A DNA stretch of 64,000 bases from Octopus sinensis (GCF_006345805.1 NC_042998.1:80538001-80602000), one strand, 5' to 3'. Positions 45,599-59,243 are shown, counted from the first letter of the stretch. Notes: generated by a model from the letters alone, not told the origin. Program-made: numbers and translations.

Positions 45599-45996
45599 TC
45601 TATATTAAAGAATTCAGCTGGATTTTTTTTATCTGCATGTGTTCAAAGGGAGAAGCAAAGACACTTTGAAATTGTTCACTGAGTCATTCCTTTGGAATAA
45701 TAGTGCTATTTTATATTGTATTGTAGCTGTATCCTTTGTGAATTTATAGAAAGCTTTGGGATTTGTTTTTATTCTTTCCACAGCTCTCTCTCTCTCTGCA
45801 CTTTCCCTTTCATGTGAGAATTTGATCTTATTTCTGATTTCTATGAGTATGCATATTAAGATAGACTTCTCCCTATCCTTCAGTTGCCTATTTATTCACT
45901 TTGAGACCTTTGACCCATCTCATAAGGATTTTTTCTGTCCCAGAGAATCTTGTATGTCAGTATGCTGGCCTTTCTTTCTGGGGTATATACATATGT

Positions 45997-46278
45997 GGAA
46001 GCGCAATGGCCCAGTGGTTAGGGCAGCGGACTCGTGGTTGTAGGATCGCGGTTTTGATTCCCAGACCGGGCGTTGTGAGTGTTTATTGAGCGAAAACACC
46101 TTAAAAGCTCCACGTGGCTCCGGCAGGGGGTGGTGATCCCTGCTGTACTCTTTCACTCTTTCTTCTGTTGGTCTGCTCGCTTAGCCAGCGGGGTGGCGTC
46201 ATTCGAAGGCTAAAACAATGCAAACGCATTGTGACCAGCGATGTGTAACAACATCTGATGGTCTGGTGATCACGTGAT
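45997..46278 (+). mobile_element. tRNA-derived SINE, young single copy (third family)
   Basis: Pol III A box TGGCCCAGTGG (~46007) and B box GGTTTTGATTCC (~46050); tRNA-like head followed by a non-tRNA body; CpG-rich. Not a tRNA gene because no closing acceptor stem is seen. Confidence 0.75.
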
Positions 46279-46330
46279 ATACACATATATCTATATATAT
46301 ATACATTATACATACATATATACACACATA

Positions 46331-47556
46331 CAGGGGTTGGACAAAATAATAAAAACACCTAGCATCATAATTTTGAAACATCTATAAGACTGTCAAAAGC
46401 GTGTTTATATTTTTTGATTATTAGTGTTGCTTAATATGTTTTGCTAATCTTGCTGTTTCTTTTTAGATATCATCAGAAAAAGGTAATTAAAATTCATTAA
46501 AATGACAGATCTATTGGACTTTCAAAGAGGTCAAATTGTTGGTGCTTATATGGCTGGCGCTAGCATAAGGAAAACGGCCGAAATGTTTGGTTTATCAAGA
46601 AGTACTGTCTCAAAAGTAATGACAGCCTTTGAGTAAGAGGGAAAAATCTCATCATCGAAACAAAACTCGGGAAGAAAACCAAAACTTCCAGATAGGATGT
46701 GAATTGTTAGAAAAGATCACAAAAGTACAGCTCCCAAAATTACTGCAGAGCTTAATGACTACCTCGAGAACCCAGTATCCACAAAAACTGTTCGCTGGGA
46801 GCTGCACAAAGCCGGATTTCACAGGAGGGCTGCAATCAGAAAATTACTATATTCAAAAACAAATGTTGCAAGCTTTTATAGTGGAGTAAAAACCTACAGA
46901 ATTGGTCCCTAAAGTAGTGGAAAAATGTTATTTACTTGGGTGAGTCATCCTTTACACTATTTCCGACCACCGGCCAAGTATACACGTGGAGACAACCAAA
47001 AGAAACATTTGACCCAGACTGCCTTCTTCCAACTGTTAAACACAGAGAAAGATCTGTGATGATCTGGGGGGCGCTATATCTTGGAAATCCACTGGCCCAA
47101 TGGTTTCCCTTCATGGCAGAATTAATAGTCAAGACTATTTAAGCATGTTATCTGATCAAATTCATCGTATGGTTGTGGGACTGTTTTCGAAGGGAAACGC
47201 AATCTTTCAGGATGATAATGCACCAATTCACACAGCTAAAGTTACTGCTACTGAATGGCATGAGGAACATTCTAGTGAAGTTGAACATCTTATCTGGTCA
47301 CCACAGTCCCCAGATCTCAATATTATTGAACATTTAGAAAAACAAGGAGTTGATATCCTCCACCATCATCACTACAAGAACTGGAGAGTTTTAGCTGAAG
47401 AATGGACAAAAATTTCTTTGGAAACAAACCAAACTTTGTACAAGTCCATACCTTGTAGAATTCAAGCTGTAATTACTGCCAAAGATGGTCCTACACCATA
47501 TTAAAATAAATTTGTTTGAAATTTTGAGGAGTTTCCATTATTTTGTCCAACCACTG
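46331..47556 (+). mobile_element. Tc1-family (DD34E) DNA transposon, full-length, inactivated
   Basis: TIRs CAGGGGTTGGACAAAATAAT / ATTATTTTGTCCAACCACTG with TA on both sides. Transposase from 46502 MTDLLDFQRGQIVG...; ESSF, VMIWG, FQDDNAPIH, SPDLNIIEHL; stops and frameshifts. Confidence 0.93.
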
Positions 47557-47589
47557 TATATATACACACACATATACACATATAAATAT

Positions 47590-47622
<33 letters not shown>

Positions 47623-48441
47623 GATAGATCCATACATATATACATATACACACACACATACCTATGTATATAAAAGAGAGATCCTGTCTGTCTCACAAAA
47701 CATAATTGAGACACCATCTCATTTATAAGTGTGGGTGTTTTGTCCGATAATGATGATGTGACCAGAGCTGAAAGTGCCAAATTTTCAAAAAGTCAACACC
47801 TTTCAATCTCTCTCTTTATTTTTCTTTCTGTCTAGAATGGTCAGTGTTCAAGACAATGACAACCACCAAGCCATATATTTTTATTCCAGGATGGTCTATT
47901 CTGCGCAATTAAACACAGCCAATGAATGAATCAACCCCAATACTTAATTTTTTGTTAAACCTGGTACATTTTGGTCACTTTTGCTGAACTCCTAACTGGA
48001 TCAAGTGGTGATGGGGGACAAACACAGACAGAAAGGCACATCACTGTCATATAATTTTGATGCACCCATTATCAATACTGATACAGAATAGATGGATGTG
48101 TACATGACTGCACACAAGTTAGTCTGTGTGTGTGTGTGAGAGAGAGGGGTGGTGGTAGAGAGAGAGAGATACACACACTATGTATATACTCATATGTACT
48201 CCCTTAACTTAGTGTTAGTTTTATGCTTGGAACAAATAGGCCAGTTAGTGCTTTTAAATTGCTTCTGTTGATTGACTGACAACACATGCAGGATTTTCCT
48301 TTGCAGCCAGCTAATATAGAACTCTTCATATCTGTTTTGTACACATGGCAAGTGTATGTGTATACACACACCCACATACATTGCCCAGTAAAATATTCAT
48401 GGAATTGTTTGCCATATTGTAGAATGAGAATTCACAGTACT

Positions 48442-48445
<4 letters not shown>

Positions 48446-48486
<41 letters not shown>

Positions 48487-48493
48487 TATATAT
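48446..48493. repeat. (TA)n microsatellite
   Basis: Direct reading. Similar tracts lie at 59787..59831, 60943..60984 and 63897..63953. Confidence 0.95.
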
Positions 48494-51054
48494 TTAACCT
48501 AACTTCTGGACTTAATTGGAACTATTCAAACAATAGTAATCAATTTACATGAGAATTTTTTTTAAAACAATTTTTTATCCTGAAAATCACCTGTTATTTT
48601 TGTTTTAAAGAGGAAAAGGGAGGAGAAAGTGAAAGATGTATGAACGTGTATATGAAATGGATGTGTGTGTGAGAGAGGGTGCTACTTACACATACATGAG
48701 AACACACGTTCACTCACTCACTCTGTCTCTCATACTCACATGCACGCGTACATACAAAAAGGATGTATACATATGTATTGATGTATGTACGTATACATGA
48801 CAACACACCCTTTTACTTGTGCTTTCTCTTTCACACACACACATCCATTACATATACACGTACATACATCTTTCACTTCAAAAAAAAAAAAGTAAAGACT
48901 ATGTGTGTGTATATATTACAGATAAAGGACATGTGTTTGTATTCTGTATGTGTATACGTCACGGAAGCCATGTATTTTTTTTCATCAAGAAATAACAAAA
49001 ATTGTGTTTCATTGTTTAAATAGAGGTCAAAATGTCACAAAAATTTGCACTGCACTACCAAAGTATGAAAATAAATATGTAAAAAAAATTAAGATAAAAT
49101 ATACTATTTCTGACATATTTCAGTTACACACAAACATCCCTAGAGTTTTAGTATTATCAATATATATATATACACACACACGCAAATTCTGTGTTAGTCT
49201 GGATTAGCCTTTACAAATTGATTTTCATGAACTTAGTTAAAAATACATGTAATCTTCACACAATGGTTCCAAGAGTTAATCATTGCCACTGGCTTACAGA
49301 CATGACGCATAACCATATCCGTAGACAGCTGTAATGTTCTAAGAGCCATGTCAATGATAACAAGCCTATTTATGTGCCCAAATAATATATATCACCAATT
49401 TTTAATATACGGAAATAGTTAGGAATCCTGTGTATTTCCTTTTTGATTCCATCAGTCCTTCACCAATTTTCCTGGCATAAAAAAAAAAAACCCACATCTC
49501 CCTCTGCATGCTACCATTTATACCTCTTCAACATACTAAGCAACTTAAAACCAGCCTCTCAGCTTTATCTTTTGTCACCTTGTTCTATTAGAAACACAAA
49601 TTCAGCACTTCTGCCAACAAATCTATGCATAAACATGAGAAAAGTTTAGATAGGATATGAATGATATGACATGTATATCATCACAGACACATCAGTTTTG
49701 TAGGTAGCCAAGTTCTCAAGAAAGGTTTGTTTTCATATTTGACATCATCAACATGCTGGTGTATGTGTGTGCACATTTTAAACCAAGCTGCAAATGGCTT
49801 TTCACACCCTTTTCTGGGGGGGGGTGTAACTAGTGTTACACACACACAACTGTCATCAAACAATACAACTGTGCTCAAAATAGCAAAACTCATATCCTGT
49901 CTGCTGCTAAGTTTTGACAGAAAATGTCCCAAATGTTGATGACAAATCACCACTGACTAGACAACCTTTACATTCAATGCTACAAAGCATGATTGTCATT
50001 ACAAAACATATGAAGCTAACATAAGAACTCAAAACCCACTGGTACTTATTTGATTGCAGTTAAGAGTCTGAAAGGGATGCTGTATGAAACTAACGAAACT
50101 CCTACATTATCTATTTCACCTTGCTTCTCTGGTAGTATATTTCCAAAACAACGAAATATCGCCCTTGTGATTCCTATATGTAAGAAGAAGTACTGAGGTG
50201 ATTCATCAAAATATTGATCTATTACATAATCTAGTGAAACGACTTTGCGATAGGTTGGGAAGTATATATGTCACAGTCCTGTGTGCCAAAGGAGCTTTTA
50301 ACAGAGTTTAACAATAACAGATTCTCCACCAAACTAAATTCCAAAGGAATATGGAAAACTGATCAAATGGTTTCAAAACTATTTTAACAGGAGATTTATT
50401 AAAGGTCACCCATTACTCATCAATGCAGGTCTTATAAGGCTCAATATTTATGATAATTTTGTTCCCAGTTTTCATAGTCAATACTTCTGCTGACAACTGT
50501 ATATTATTTATAACACAAAGACCTGCAAAAGAAAACAGGGCAGTAGCAAACAAAGCATTTTTAGAGCCTTCAAAATTTAAAGCAATGGTTCTAGCAAGGA
50601 AGAGATCCATCAAACTTTGGGAATGCAGGCTGCCTATGAAAAAGCAACTTGAGATGCTGAGTGGAATCACAGTTGGTGTGGATATATCTCCACTATACAT
50701 AACAGTGTTATATCTAAGCTTGGAGTACCACAAAAATTTAAAGACAATCTGTTCAAGGAAGGAAGAGCCAATATTTACAAAGCACAAATCTGAACCATTC
50801 TGTTGTGTGCCAATATTGGGTAATTACTTCATATAGCATATTCAATCAACTCACTAGTCTCACTACAGTTGATAGAACAGCTGCTAAAAGTAAAAAGCTG
50901 ACCATCAATAAATGCTAGTAGATTCATACCCGCACTAACCCTCTGAACAGCTGATGCTAAGACACATTAAGACAGTATCAAAGTACATCTTATTTCCCAA
51001 GATGGCTCCTGTAAGTCACTGAAAATTTGTCCCCAACTGTGAACGTGAAGTGTT

Positions 51055-51900
51055 CAAGGATAGGCAGAAAAGTTCATAGGTTGACCAAGATATTTTCATG
51101 CAATGTGACCAAATGAGGTTTCAACATAATCCTCCTTGCAATCTACACACTTCTTCCATCAGTGTTGCAGTGCTTGGATCCTAATGGTGAAAAAGTTTTC
51201 ATCCTGTTGGTCAAAAAAGTCATCAACAACAGATATGATGTAATCATCACTGTGATACTTGTTCTCAGCCAAGTGTCTTTCATGTTGGGGAACAGATGAT
51301 AGCCAGATGGCCCCAAAACAAGAGAAGAAGGATGGTGATCAACCAGTTCAAAGCCACTATCACATACATCAGTCATTGAAACCAAGGACATGTTTGCTGA
51401 AGCATTGTCCTGATGAAACAAGGCCCCTTTTATCAGTTTTCCTGGGTATTTGGTCTTGATAACCTTTTATAACTACCTCAGCAAGCTGACATAGTACTTT
51501 CCATTGATGGTGTGGTCCTTTTGAATCTAGTCAATAAACAGTGCTTTTGCATCCTTGCAGATGAAACGACCTTGGCCTTCTTTGGAGCAGGTGAAGATGG
51601 GTGTTTCAACTGCATGGATTGTCTCTGGCTCAAAGTGATGAACCCAACACTGATCCTGGGTTAGGAAACTGGCTGGATCTGCCTCAATGTCAAATTTATA
51701 GTCAATCACCTGTCATCCATCACCATGTGAACACAATGTTTTCCTTAGTGGTGGCAGTTGTAGGATATCTAGACTTTGGGTCATGTTCAAGACTCCCTTC
51801 CCCACCTAAATTGAGCCGCCCACCTTTGGAATGTTGGTAAAGGTGGAGTGTCATCCCCTAATGTAGCACCATGATACAAAATTTTGTAATTTTCAAGAGA
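51055..51900 (-). mobile_element. mariner transposon relic, one TIR
   Basis: Minus remnants LTQDQCWVHHFEPET, TINGKYY, FHQDNA, GPSGYHLFPNMK; TIR-like AGGATAGGCAGAAAAGTTCATAGG at ~51057. Confidence 0.8.
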
Positions 51901-52324
51901 ATTGCAACTAGTTATTTTTGAAGTCTTCTTTCAACAGTCATGTCAGTTTACTCTGAAAGAAACAATGCAGTTATTAATAAGGATTGAAATTAATACATGC
52001 AAAATTTCTCAGCTTTGGTATCACTCCTCCATAGTCAACCCATGAGCCTTCCAGCTAATCCTTGTAGAATGCTCCTGTCCAGAGCATGGATTTTAGCATT
52101 GGGTTTTAACAGGCTGAATGTTCTGTCCCTTGTAAAATGCTATCTTTTTATTTTCACAGCAATGATCCTAAAGGATATTTTGGACAGCAGTGACCTACCT
52201 GATGATTTGTGAAATGTTCACCCTGTATAGTCAAATATATTCCAGAATGCTTCAGATTTGTGCCCAGTGAACAGGTGGTTCTTGCCTTATCCAACTAGTG
52301 TGCAACACATCCATCCACCCACCT

Positions 52325-52555
52325 AACCACACATGTGTGTGTTACCATATTTATTGAAATATACAGCCTTTGTTTTAATCAATTTTAAAAATACGAGAAT
52401 TTAGCAAAGTAACTTTATCATTATTAAGCAGATATTTGGAGCTTAAATTAGCATATAATTTTAATGAAAAGTTTGAATTAGATCACTTTAACACAAGAAG
52501 TTTGCATCATAGAATAGTAAGGTTTCAGATAGGCTGGTATCAAATGAGTAAACCC
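52325..52555. mobile_element. TTAA-type MITE, decayed (second subfamily)
   Basis: GTTACCATATTT... body similar to 23157..23335; right end GGCTGGTATCAAATGAGTAA is an eroded GGTA.CAAAAGGGTTAA. Confidence 0.5.
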
Positions 52556-52667
52556 TTTGGTGATGCCCCTGGTTCTACAATACATACTTCCTCTTTTAAA
52601 GTGATGTAGTTAAAACCTTCCATCAAAAGTTCATGTCAATTTATATTACAAATACTTGGCCATTTAA

Positions 52668-52882
52668 CCCTTTCATTACTGTATTTCTGTTGAGATGTTC
52701 TGTGTTTCTTTCAATTACTTTAAATATAACAAAGAATTTAGTAAAATAACTTAGTTATCATTCAGCTTGTATTAGGAACATAAATTGTGACTAAGGTTTG
52801 GTGGAAGATTTTAATTGAAACCTTAAGAAAACAAGACATTTGTACAACAGAGCCGGTTTCAGCCGGGTTGGTAACAAAAGGG
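52668..52882. mobile_element. piggyBac-type MITE (TTAA TSD), 215 bp
   Basis: TTAA|CCCTTTCATTAC ... GTAACAAAAGGG|TTAA; body closely matches 30201..30421. Confidence 0.88.
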
Positions 52883-53086
52883 TTAAGAATGACAAAGTTA
52901 TTTCACTAAATTCATTATTTTCAAAAATAACTGAAATGAAAACAATATATTTCATTAGGAATATTGTAATGAAAAGGTTAAAATAAAATGATGCTGTACA
53001 CTCAATTATGTGTGTGCAAGTATATGAACACACACACAGCCCAAGCTGATTTTTATTTGGACTTACAATCTTCCTACATTCTTCCA

Positions 53087-53304
53087 GGCGGCGAACTGGC
53101 AGAAACGTTAGCACGCAGGGTGAAATGCTTAGCAGTATCTCGTCTGCTGCTACGTTCTGAGTTCAAATTCCGCCGAGGTCGACTTTGCCTTTCATCCTTT
53201 CGGGGTTGATTAAATTAAGTACCAGTTGCGCACTGGGGATCGATATAATCGACTTAACCCATTTGTCCCCTCTGTGTAAGCCCCTTGTGGGCAATAAAGA
53301 AATA
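53087..53304 (+). mobile_element. tRNA-derived SINE family A, full-length young copy
   Basis: A-box-like CTGGCAGAAACG; B-box GAGTTCAAATTCC; conserved core GAGGTCGACTTTGCCTTTCATCCTTTCGGGG; A-rich tail. Confidence 0.85.
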
Positions 53305-55564
53305 GGTTAGATGAAGTTACTAATGCCAACCAATTTATGAAGTGTTCTGGATGCATTTTATTAAGGCACCAACACTAGAGAGGTTGTTCCTCTCTAGTGT
53401 CTGCCAACTACTTAACAGAGTACTGGGTGCATTTTGTCATGGCAGCTGCACTACAGATGTTACCAGCAACATTTTTTTTCATTTAGGGTAATGTGACAGA
53501 GAAATGAAGATACAACGAAGACAAGAGAAAGGTAAGGGAGATAATAATGGAAAAGAAAGTGATAAGTAGATTATTAGTAAAGAGACTAAATAACAAAATA
53601 GTTGGAGTTGGAAGACTTGAAGAAAGAGAAGGTGATGGCAGAGAGAGGGGGGGGTCTGACAACAAAGAGTGATGCTAGGGAATCGGATATGGACAGATCC
53701 AATTGCCAAAATCCATCAGCACCACCATTATATCATCCCTTTTCCCAGATATAAAACTCTAGGTTAATCCATATGCTAATCAATTGTACCATAACTCTAT
53801 TAGTAGCTTTCCTATCCTGATGCATCAAATTAATTAATGCATGTGTAGTTGCTGGTGTTGAGAGAACCATTTTTGCCCTTGTAGCAGTTGATGATTCTAC
53901 TATGCCAGTCATTGGATATGACATCTTGAGTAGCTATGTAGTGATTAGCATGTGACCTATTTTGCCAAATATTATAAGCATCTCAGTAATTATCCCTTAT
54001 GGTCTTTCTGCTTTGCCTTCTTTTATAGCCTTAATCAAATGGTTGGTGTCTTTGCTGTAGACCCTCCCACCCTGATGCATTTGCCTCATTCAACAACTTC
54101 TTGTAGTAGCATTTCCCTGCCACTTTCTTCACAGCGTTGGTGAGGTAAGTGAATTGCTATCATTCAGTACACAATCTTCTGCAATGACACCTGAACACTC
54201 ACTGGTACACTGTTTTGCAATAGGGAACATCTCACACCCAATACTCAGCTTGCAGAACACATGCAAAACCTCTAACTCTGTGCAATGTATGCCTGAACTA
54301 TAGCATCTACCCAACTCTTTGTCTTTCCAGTCATTCTCATAGCATTTATGATTAATCTACAGTAGTTGTCCATGACTATGTCACTTTCTGTCTGCCTTGA
54401 ATCTGGTACAGATTTAATCTAAGATGATCAAGTTATTTAGTAGTGACTCCCAGTTGTTTGCATTGTCCTGTGATAAATATAAACTAATACATCTCTGAAT
54501 CTATGACTAGCTGGAAGCTTTTCCATTTTCATACTTACACTAGATTGTCTTCTGGTTGGGTCTGTCTGGAATGTAGTGAAGCCACTATTTGTTACTCTAT
54601 ATTGAGTGGTTATCAACAAACAAGTGTTCACAACTATCCCTTTATCCTATTTTTTGGTGAGTATAAAGTCTACAAACTTTATATTTTAAGCATCTCAGAG
54701 CAATTATCCCCCATGGACTTTATACTAACCAAGAAATAGGACAGGATGGTTGTGAACACTAAGTACTTGCTTGTTGAAGTAATGTTGAAAAGTGACTAGT
54801 GGCTTCACAGTACATTTATGTGTGTCTGGATATACATACACAAAAGTTTACATATTTGTGTGTGTGTGTAATCATTCCCAGCTTATTCATGTTTGGGTCA
54901 AACAAAATTCATTGAGGTAAATTATCTATGGTCAAATGCCCTTCTTAAAACCAGCCCTCAACTGTTTCTAAGCAAAGTAATATTCCTTTTAGTCTAAGAA
55001 CAGCAAAATGGCAAGACATGTTTCCACAGAAGAAGGCAAATGAATGATTCCAGTTGAATGACACACATAATGGGCTATCCACTAAAATTACTCAAAAAGC
55101 TTTGGCTGACTACAAAAGATGCTTGCTTAAGGTTCCATGCAGTTGGACTGAATGCAAAACATTTGTCTTTCCTTTCATTTTCCTGAGTCATGTTTGCATG
55201 CTTGTATGAGTTAGACAACTATGCTTTACATTGTTTTACAGTCAGGTGCCCTACTTATTGCTAACCTGTAGCTGTTTTCAAGTAAGGGCTCTCTTGTTCT
55301 ATGTGGATTCAAAACTAGAGTGAATGAACAATTTACTGACATGAGAACTAACAACAACACAACCAAATTAGCATGTTGTAATTTTAGGAGAAGCAAGAGA
55401 CATAAACAAATACACAACAGATGTGATAGCTTTAGTTTCCATAGACCAAATCCAAAAGGACACTTGCTCAAAGAGCCATGCAATAGGAATGATTGAACCA
55501 AAACTACATGGTGGGCAAGTAAATATACACACATGTATGTGTGTGTGTGCATATCCACAGTATA

Positions 55565-55750
55565 TCATCTTTTAATGCCCATTTTCCACATTGGCATGGG
55601 TTTGTTTTGAAAAGATGCGATGGACCAGGGGACTGCATCGTGCTCATATGTTAATTTTGACATGCTTTGTGTCTTTCCTAATGCCAATCACTTTACAGAG
55701 TGTATTGGATGCTTTGTTCATGACAACAACATTAGTGAGGTTGCCATGCA
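55565..55750 (-). mobile_element. RTE-tail SINE-like repeat (family C), decayed
   Basis: TCATC..TTAATGCCCATTTTCCACATTGGCATGGG...TTCCTAATGCCAATCACTTTACAGAGTGT. Confidence 0.6.
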
Positions 55751-56239
55751 GCTAGTAATGCTAAGATTCCCCTCAACCAGTAGAGAGGGAGACAGCACTA
55801 TACAAAGAGATGAGAGTTTAAGTATGAGAGAAGGAGCTGGAACACAACAGGTTTCTTACTGGAGAGGAACATGGAGCTGGAAAGAGGGATAAGATAGTGA
55901 TAAGGATTCAGAGTGTCCCCACCCCACCCAGGGTACAAGGATAATAGGAGCAAAGATAGTAGAATAGGGAATGTGGATGGGTAGAGTGTATGGTTAGAGA
56001 TGGGGAATAAGTGAGGGGATAAATATAATGAATGAAGAACAAGTGTGAAGAGATGGTAAGCATAAGTTGGAGGGAAGGTAGAGAAAAGTAATTTATGACT
56101 ATAAAGACTGGGTAGAAGTGAACAGTGGACAAGGGTAGGAATAAGATTAGGTGATGACTGATCGTGCAGAAAGAGGTGAAGAGATGCTGTGGGAAGGTTG
56201 TGAGCATCATGTGAGGGAAGAGACAGAGCTTGATATGAG

Positions 56240-56440
56240 TGTATCTTTCTATTTTTTACTGTTTGTCATTAGACTGCAGCCATGCTGGTGCACTGTCTTG
56301 AAGAGTTTAAGATGAAAATTGAACTCAGGACATTTTTAAGCCTAGTATTTATGCTATTGGTCAAACCACTAAGTTATGGGGATGTAAACAAACCAATACT
56401 GGGAGTCAAGCAGAGGTGGGGGACAAACACACACACACAT
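56240..56440 (-). mobile_element. Family B SINE 3' half
   Basis: GACTGCAGCCATGCTGG...CTAAGTTATGGGGATGTAAAC...GGGGGACAAACACACAC; homologous to 59399..59600. Confidence 0.65.
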
Positions 56441-56546
56441 GAAACGGCAATCATATGATTGTGAAGGGTATGTTTTTAATCATCGAGAAATACTACACCC
56501 AAAAGTATATATACATGTGTATGTGTATATATAATACACATATATA

Positions 56547-56733
56547 TGAGGAAGTGTTGAAGAGTTCCTGGTTTTAAGAGTATTGCAAAAGATCTAGTTG
56601 GAGGCCCAACCTTCAGAGTTCTTTTACAGGGCTTGTGTGAATCTGAGAGGAGAATGTGTTAAACAAAATCATTAACTGATCCTCCAGTATTGCCTTTTAC
56701 CCAAAGCCAGGATCTTTTCAAGACCTGCCCCTC
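56547..56733. mobile_element. mariner-type MITE (~187 bp)
   Basis: Imperfect TIRs GAGGAAGTGTTGAAGAGTTCCTGG / CCAGGATCTTTTCAAGACCTGCCCCTC; left end follows TA. Confidence 0.55.
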
Positions 56734-57039
56734 CCCCTCCACACATACACCATGCTAAAGCAAACATTGGTGCTTGGCACAGTCCCCTGTTAGGCAGTCC
56801 AACCCAGCCCATGCTTGCATAAAAAAAAAGGACCTTAAATGCTGCTGCTGCTGATATACATACACAAAGACATCATTTAATGTGTCTTCCATGCTGATAT
56901 AGGTTGGACATGTGTGTGTATACACAGATATTCAGCAGAAAAGCAAAGATCTCCTTTATGTTTCATACTTTAATTGGATTCAACAGCTGTTTCATTCAGA
57001 TAAACACCACCAAATGTATAATTACATAATTTTGATACA

Positions 57040-57330
57040 AATTAATATTTCTCCTTGGCCAGACATATTTACAGAGAATATTGAAATGAATGACTGCTTG
57101 TATTGCAGTGACACTCATTTACAACTATCACTTGATGTCAACCCAAGGAGACACTTATACACACATGCAATGTGCTTCTTTCAGTTTCTGTCAACTAAAT
57201 CTATTCAAAAGGCTTTGGATAGCCTGTGCTGTAATGGAAAACATTTGCCCAAAGTTGCATGCAGTGGGACTGAACCTAAAAACCATGTGGTTGAGAAGCA
57301 GACTTCTTAACCACACAGCCACACCTCTGT
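57040..57330 (-). mobile_element. CORE-type SINE (family B)
   Basis: CTTTCAGTTTCTGTC.ACTAAATC...TTGCCCAAAG...GTGGGACTGAACC...AACCACACAGCCAC. A second head lies at 57665..57790. Confidence 0.75.
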
Positions 57331-58269
57331 GGTTATACACATATATATGCATATCATAAATTTTAATGCCCACTGTTTCATGTTTGTATAGGCCAAAGTA
57401 AATTCTCTACAGCTAGATGTCCTTGTTTTCAAGAAAGGTAAAATTTCCTCTTGTTCAGAGATGTCTTCACTGAAGGTTGGAAATGAATGACATCATTTGT
57501 TCAAACATTATCACTCATTTACAACTATCATGCAGCAAGATCCCCCCCCGCCACTCCCAACTCAGTGAGCAGACCCATCCAACCTATACCATCATAAACA
57601 GCAGATGTGAAAGGATGGTAATGGAAAGAATAACAGAAAGAACATATATACATGATAGACTCAGAGTTGATGCCTACCAAATTCATTTCCAAAGCTTTGG
57701 TTAGTCCAGGGTTATAGAAGACATTTGCCTAAGGTGCTGCACAGTTGTACTGAACCCAAAACACATGGTTGCAACCACACAGTCACACCTATGCTTATAT
57801 ATGCATGTGCATATGTATGTAAATCTATAGGTACTTGTATCTAAGTACGTATAGATTTACTATTTATGCACACACACAAACACAAGAGACTTTGTATTCT
57901 TCAGCCAGACACTGACAATCCTGGGCCTTCCCCAATTTGATTTACAAGGTTGCAGTGTTTCTGAATTTAGTTTAAGGCTGCAGCACAAGTGACCATGCAA
58001 TGTGGTCAAACCTAAGTTTTAATTGTTACAATGTAAACTTAACCTCTCAGTCATGCAAGCATCCTTTTATACATCACCAACATCTTTATCTTCTTTCCAG
58101 CTACTCCCATCCACTCATGTGTGATGTGAGGTATTCATGAATTAATTCCAGTGCAAGACACCTGTGACTGTTCCTCTATTATACTTTATCTCTCAATACC
58201 TAGCATAAAGCTATAAATCCTCTACTAAAACCTCATTTAGCTGGGGGGGGGGGTTTATTACCTTTCACT

Positions 58270-58455
58270 TGCAAGTTATTTGGTGACCCCAGCAAAACTG
58301 GTGCAAAAAAATGCAGTGAGTACACTTAAGTGGTTGGCAATTAGGAAGGGCATAGAGCCATAGAAACCACACCAAAACAGACACTGGAGGTCAACAGCCC
58401 TCCAGCTCACTGGTTCTTGTCAAACTGTCCAGCCCATGCCAGATGGATGTTAAAT
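58270..58455 (+). mobile_element. RTE-tail SINE-like repeat (family C)
   Basis: AAGTGGTTGGCAATTAGGAAGGGCAT...CAAACTGTCCAGCCCATGCCAG. Confidence 0.7.
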
Positions 58456-58998
58456 GTTTGTGTGTGTGTATATACACACACACATATGCATCTTCATTCA
58501 GCCACTCCTCCACCCTTGTTCATTCATTATATTCATCCTTACCCCTATTTCAAACCACTTCTCACTCTTACAAACCCTTTCCTACACATCTTTCAGATCT
58601 TCTCTGTCCCCAAACTTTTCTATTTGCTTTCTTTTATCTCTAAACTCTGATTTCTTGTCACCACCATTTTTGCCTCTCTTTCCCAATTCACTCCACTGTA
58701 ATGTGAAGTCGCCATTTCCTCTACAACAATCTATTGTCATTTTTTTTATCATACTCTCAACACTTCACATAAAGCTCCCCTCTCTAGTTGCAGGTTTAGT
58801 CTTGTGGCCTTACTAATCCTAGTGTCACAATAGAAGCATCCAAGTAAATTCTGTAAAAATGATTGGAGCCATAGAAACAATGCTAAAAGTGAGACACTGC
58901 AGCAAAATGTGGCCTGCCAACTCATTGGATCGTATCAGATGATGTATATTATGACATACATATACATTCTTATACATACGTGTGTGTATAATATATAT

Positions 58999-59243
58999 CA
59001 TCATCATCATCATCATCATTTAGCGTCCGTTTTCCATGCTAGCATGGGTTGGACGGTTCAACTGGGGTCTGGGGAGCCCGAAGGCTGCACCAGGCCAGTC
59101 AGATCTGGCAGTGTTTCTACAGCTGGATGCCCTTCCTAACGCCAACCACTCCGAGAGTGTAGTGGGTGATTTTATGTGCCACCGACACAGGTGCCAGACG
59201 AGGCTGGCGAACGGCCACGCTCGGATGGTGTTTTTATGTGCCA
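58999..59243 (-). mobile_element. RTE-tail SINE-like repeat (family C), young copy
   Basis: (ATC)n tail and body nearly colinear with 9728..9987. Confidence 0.85.

Noticed and set aside
45997-46070. tRNA gene
   Set aside because: A and B boxes are present but there is no closing acceptor stem, and it continues into a SINE body.
50413-50836. Overlapping 124-128 aa ORFs on both strands
   Set aside because: No recognisable domain or splice context; intronic and adjacent to faint LINE-like debris.
58241-58256. G-runs as G-quadruplexes (also 10742..10756 and 53646..53655)
   Set aside because: These are single homopolymer runs or only three G3 tracts, insufficient for a confident intramolecular G4.
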